Shown here one piece after another: positions 61,018 through 64,000 of a stretch of 64,000 nucleotides of DNA (the first letter of the stretch is position 1; each line of letters starts with the position of its first letter). The translations under genes and the position numbers were made by a program. The stretch spans positions 806,001-870,000 of the forward strand of contig CM075988.1 in NCBI GenBank assembly GCA_038087875.1, written 5' to 3'. The notes under the pieces were generated by a model that searched no databases, was not told the origin of the DNA, and worked only from the letters and a program-made list of their open reading frames with translations. This DNA comes from Malacoraja senta (lineage: Eukaryota).

Positions 61018-64000
61018 TTCTTTTTTTATTTTTATTTTTTTTATTTTATTAGAAGTATTTTACATTACAGTAATCTGCAATAACGTAAGTTTATACTTTT
61101 CTTGTACCACTTCTTATTTAAAACTTTAATAGCAAAAAAGGATAGAAAGAGTTAGTAAAGATAGTCAGTGAGTGATTGAAAGAGTGGTCCAGGAACACCC
61201 ATATGGACCTAAACCACAAGAAATAGTTTTTAAAAAAGAAGGAAAAAAAAGAGAAAAACCAAAAGGAGGAAAAAGAAAAAAGAAAAAAGAAAATAAGATA
61301 GGACAATATGAAAGGGATGTACCTACTTCTTATCTTTACTCACCCCTCGCCAGGTCCTAAAACCATTTATTATCAACATTTTGTTGACCCTATGTTTGTA
61401 ATAAGTCGATATATGGAGACCAAATCTTTTGGAATTGGTCTTGTTTACCTGCTAGGAGGAATCTCATATCTTCTAGATGTAACAATTCCGACATATTAGA
61501 AGTCCACATTTTTGTTGTTGGCGTGGGAGCGTTTTTCCAAAATTTCAGTATAAGTTTTTTTGCCGTTATTAAGCCATAATTAAGAAAACTCCTTTGAAAC
61601 GAAGTCAGCTCCAAACCTGCTTCTATTGTTCCAAAAATAATCAATTCTGCATTCGGTTTCAGTTTTATTTTAAATAATTTAGTGAAAACTTCAAAAATTT
61701 CATTCCAAAATTTGGATTTTTATACAAAAAACAAAAGAATGTGCTATAGTTGATTCTTTGATTAGGCATTTATCACAGATAGCAGAGGTATTTGGGTAAA
61801 ATTTACTTAATTTAGCTTTTGAATAGTATAATCTATGTAAAATATTAAATTGAATCAGAGTATGTCTTACGTTAATCGAGCATTTATGCACATATAACAG
61901 GTGTTTATCCCAACTCTCTTTCGAGATTTTTATAGCTAGTTCCTGTTCCCATTCTCTTCTAATCCCATCCGATGATGGAATTTCTATGTTTAAAATGGAA
62001 TTATACAGGTATGATATTAAATTAGCTGATTCCGCTTTTATATTCATTATCCCATCTAATAGGTCAGGAGACATATTTTGATATTCTCGTATGTACTTTT
62101 TCAAATAGTCACGTATTTGAAAATATTTGAAATATTGATTACTACTCAAGTTGTATTTAAGTTGTAGTTGGTGAAATGTTAAAAAACTTCCATTATCATA
62201 CATATCTCCAAACGTTTTAATTCCTACTCTTTCCCAATTTATAAAAGATTTATCTATCATAGAAGGTTTAAACGAGGGGTTATTCATTATAGGTGAGAGA
62301 AGCGATAGATTTCTTAATTTTAACGTTAATTTTATTTGTTTCCAAATTCTAATTGTACTATGAATAATTGGATTTTTACTATATATTGTATTCTTCATTT
62401 TTGTTGGTGAGAGAAGGATCGCTCCTATGTTAAAAGGGGAACAATCCTCTCTCTCCATTACTATCGAATACACCTGCTGGGCCGAATTGTCCAACAGGTG
62501 AATCATATTTTTGACATTTGTGGCCCAGTATTAATATAAAAAATTAGGGAGTGATAATCCGCCAGATTCTTTAGGTTTACACAAATGTTTTCTTTGGATT
62601 CTGTGGGATTTATAGTCCCATATAAAGTTTGTAATATCAGCATCCAATTAAAAAAACATTTTTTTTGGTAGCTATATCGGTATTGACTGGAATAGATATA
62701 AAATTTGTGGTAAAAAGATCATTTTTATAGCATTTATTCGGCCTATAAGAGACATCGGGAGGGATTTCCAGAATTTAATCAGTATGTTTAGTTTATTGAG
62801 TAAGGGCATATAGTTTGCATTAAATAGAGATTTATATTTTCTAGTAATTTCAATTACCAAATATTTAAATTTTTCTGAAGCGATTTTAAAAGGGAATTTT
62901 TTCAGGTGTGTCGGTTCTTGAGGTTTAATCGTCATAATTTCACTTTTATTCCAGTTTATTCTATATCCTGAAAAGGATCCAAATTCCTCTATTAAATTTA
63001 ATATATTTGGTATACTAATTTGTGATTTTGTGATATATAGTAGTACATCATCTGCATATAATGATATCTTATTATTTGAGTATTTTGTATTATACCCATG
63101 AATGTTCGGATGTATTCTAATACTTTCCGCTAACGGTTCTATTACAAGAGCAAATAGCAGAGGTGATAATGAACAACCCTGTCTATTTCCCCTTGATAAC
63201 TGAAATTTCGAGGACAAAATATTATTAGTTAATATTCTGGCCGTAGGCCTATCATATAATAATTTTACCCAAGCGATAAAATTCTCTCCCATTTGAAATT
63301 TTTGCAATACTTGAACCAGGTAATCCCATTCAACTTGATCAAATGCTTTTTCTGCGTCCAGTGAAATAATTGCTAAGTCTTGTTCTTCGGTTTTATGTGA
63401 GTGCATTATATTAAACAGATGTCTCAGGTTATTGCATGAGCATCTCTTGGGTATAAACCCTGTTTGATCCGGATTTATTAATTTACTAACATAGTTACTT
63501 AATCTTCTAGCTAATGTTTTCGCTAATATTTTTTGATCTGTATTTAACAGCGCAATAGCTCTATAAGAATCCGGATCTTCTAAATCTTTACCTTTTTTAG
63601 GTATAAGTGTAATCGTTGATTCCGCTAATGTTTCTGGAAGTGTATGTTCTTTAAACGCATATGTATACATTTTGTGTAGTCGTGGTGTAATTATCTCGTA
63701 AAATATTTTATAAAATTCATTACTAAAACCATCTGGTCCTGGTGTTTTTCCATTCTTTAATGTATTTATTGTTTCTTCTATTTCCTCAGTTGAAATTTGT
63801 GCACCTAATTCCTCTTGTTCGCTCGAATTGAGTTTTGGGAGATTACAATTATCCAGGAACAATGACTTTGGTACTATCTGCTAACGCTTTAGATGTATAT
63901 AAGTTTTGATAAAATTGAGCGAATCTTTTATTAATATCCTTAGGTAGTGTTAACAATTCCCCTTTATCTGATTTAATCTTTAAAATCGTGTGATCCTTTT
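61018..64000 (-). mobile_element. L1 element (ORF2 RT to poly-A), runs off the window
   Basis: ORFs 62672-63862 (KTPGPDG, DAEKAFD, YADD), 61700-62506 and 61390-61644. Poly-T at about 61020. Confidence 0.95.

Overview
Vertebrate genomic DNA, very probably a cartilaginous fish such as a skate or ray (inferred from the repeat families, not searched). Most of the window is nested transposable elements: CR1-type, Rex1/Babar-type, L1 and RTEX-like LINEs, V-SINE/HE1-like SINEs, Penelope-like fragments with hammerhead-like motifs, non-autonomous Helitrons, hAT elements, a solo LTR and a nearly intact Passport-like Tc1 transposon. One host gene is recognisable, and the ORF track misses it: the first two coding exons of TMEM107 (ciliary transition-zone protein) or a TMEM107-like paralog on the minus strand (16837-16923 and 8805-8872). 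About 10 kb upstream is a ~4.2 kb tandem duplication (26794-30982 / 30988-35386). It duplicates a CpG island with RFX X-box-like and NRF1 motifs and a ~930 bp foldback element with tRNA-like heads in both arms. The second copy carries an extra TSD-flanked insertion in which a Penelope hammerhead-like repeat is fused to an exact inverted 90 bp copy of nearby DNA. I see no convincing new multi-gene system; the most novel items are these TE-mechanism and regulatory observations. All coordinates were read by eye, and boundaries of degenerate repeats are approximate.
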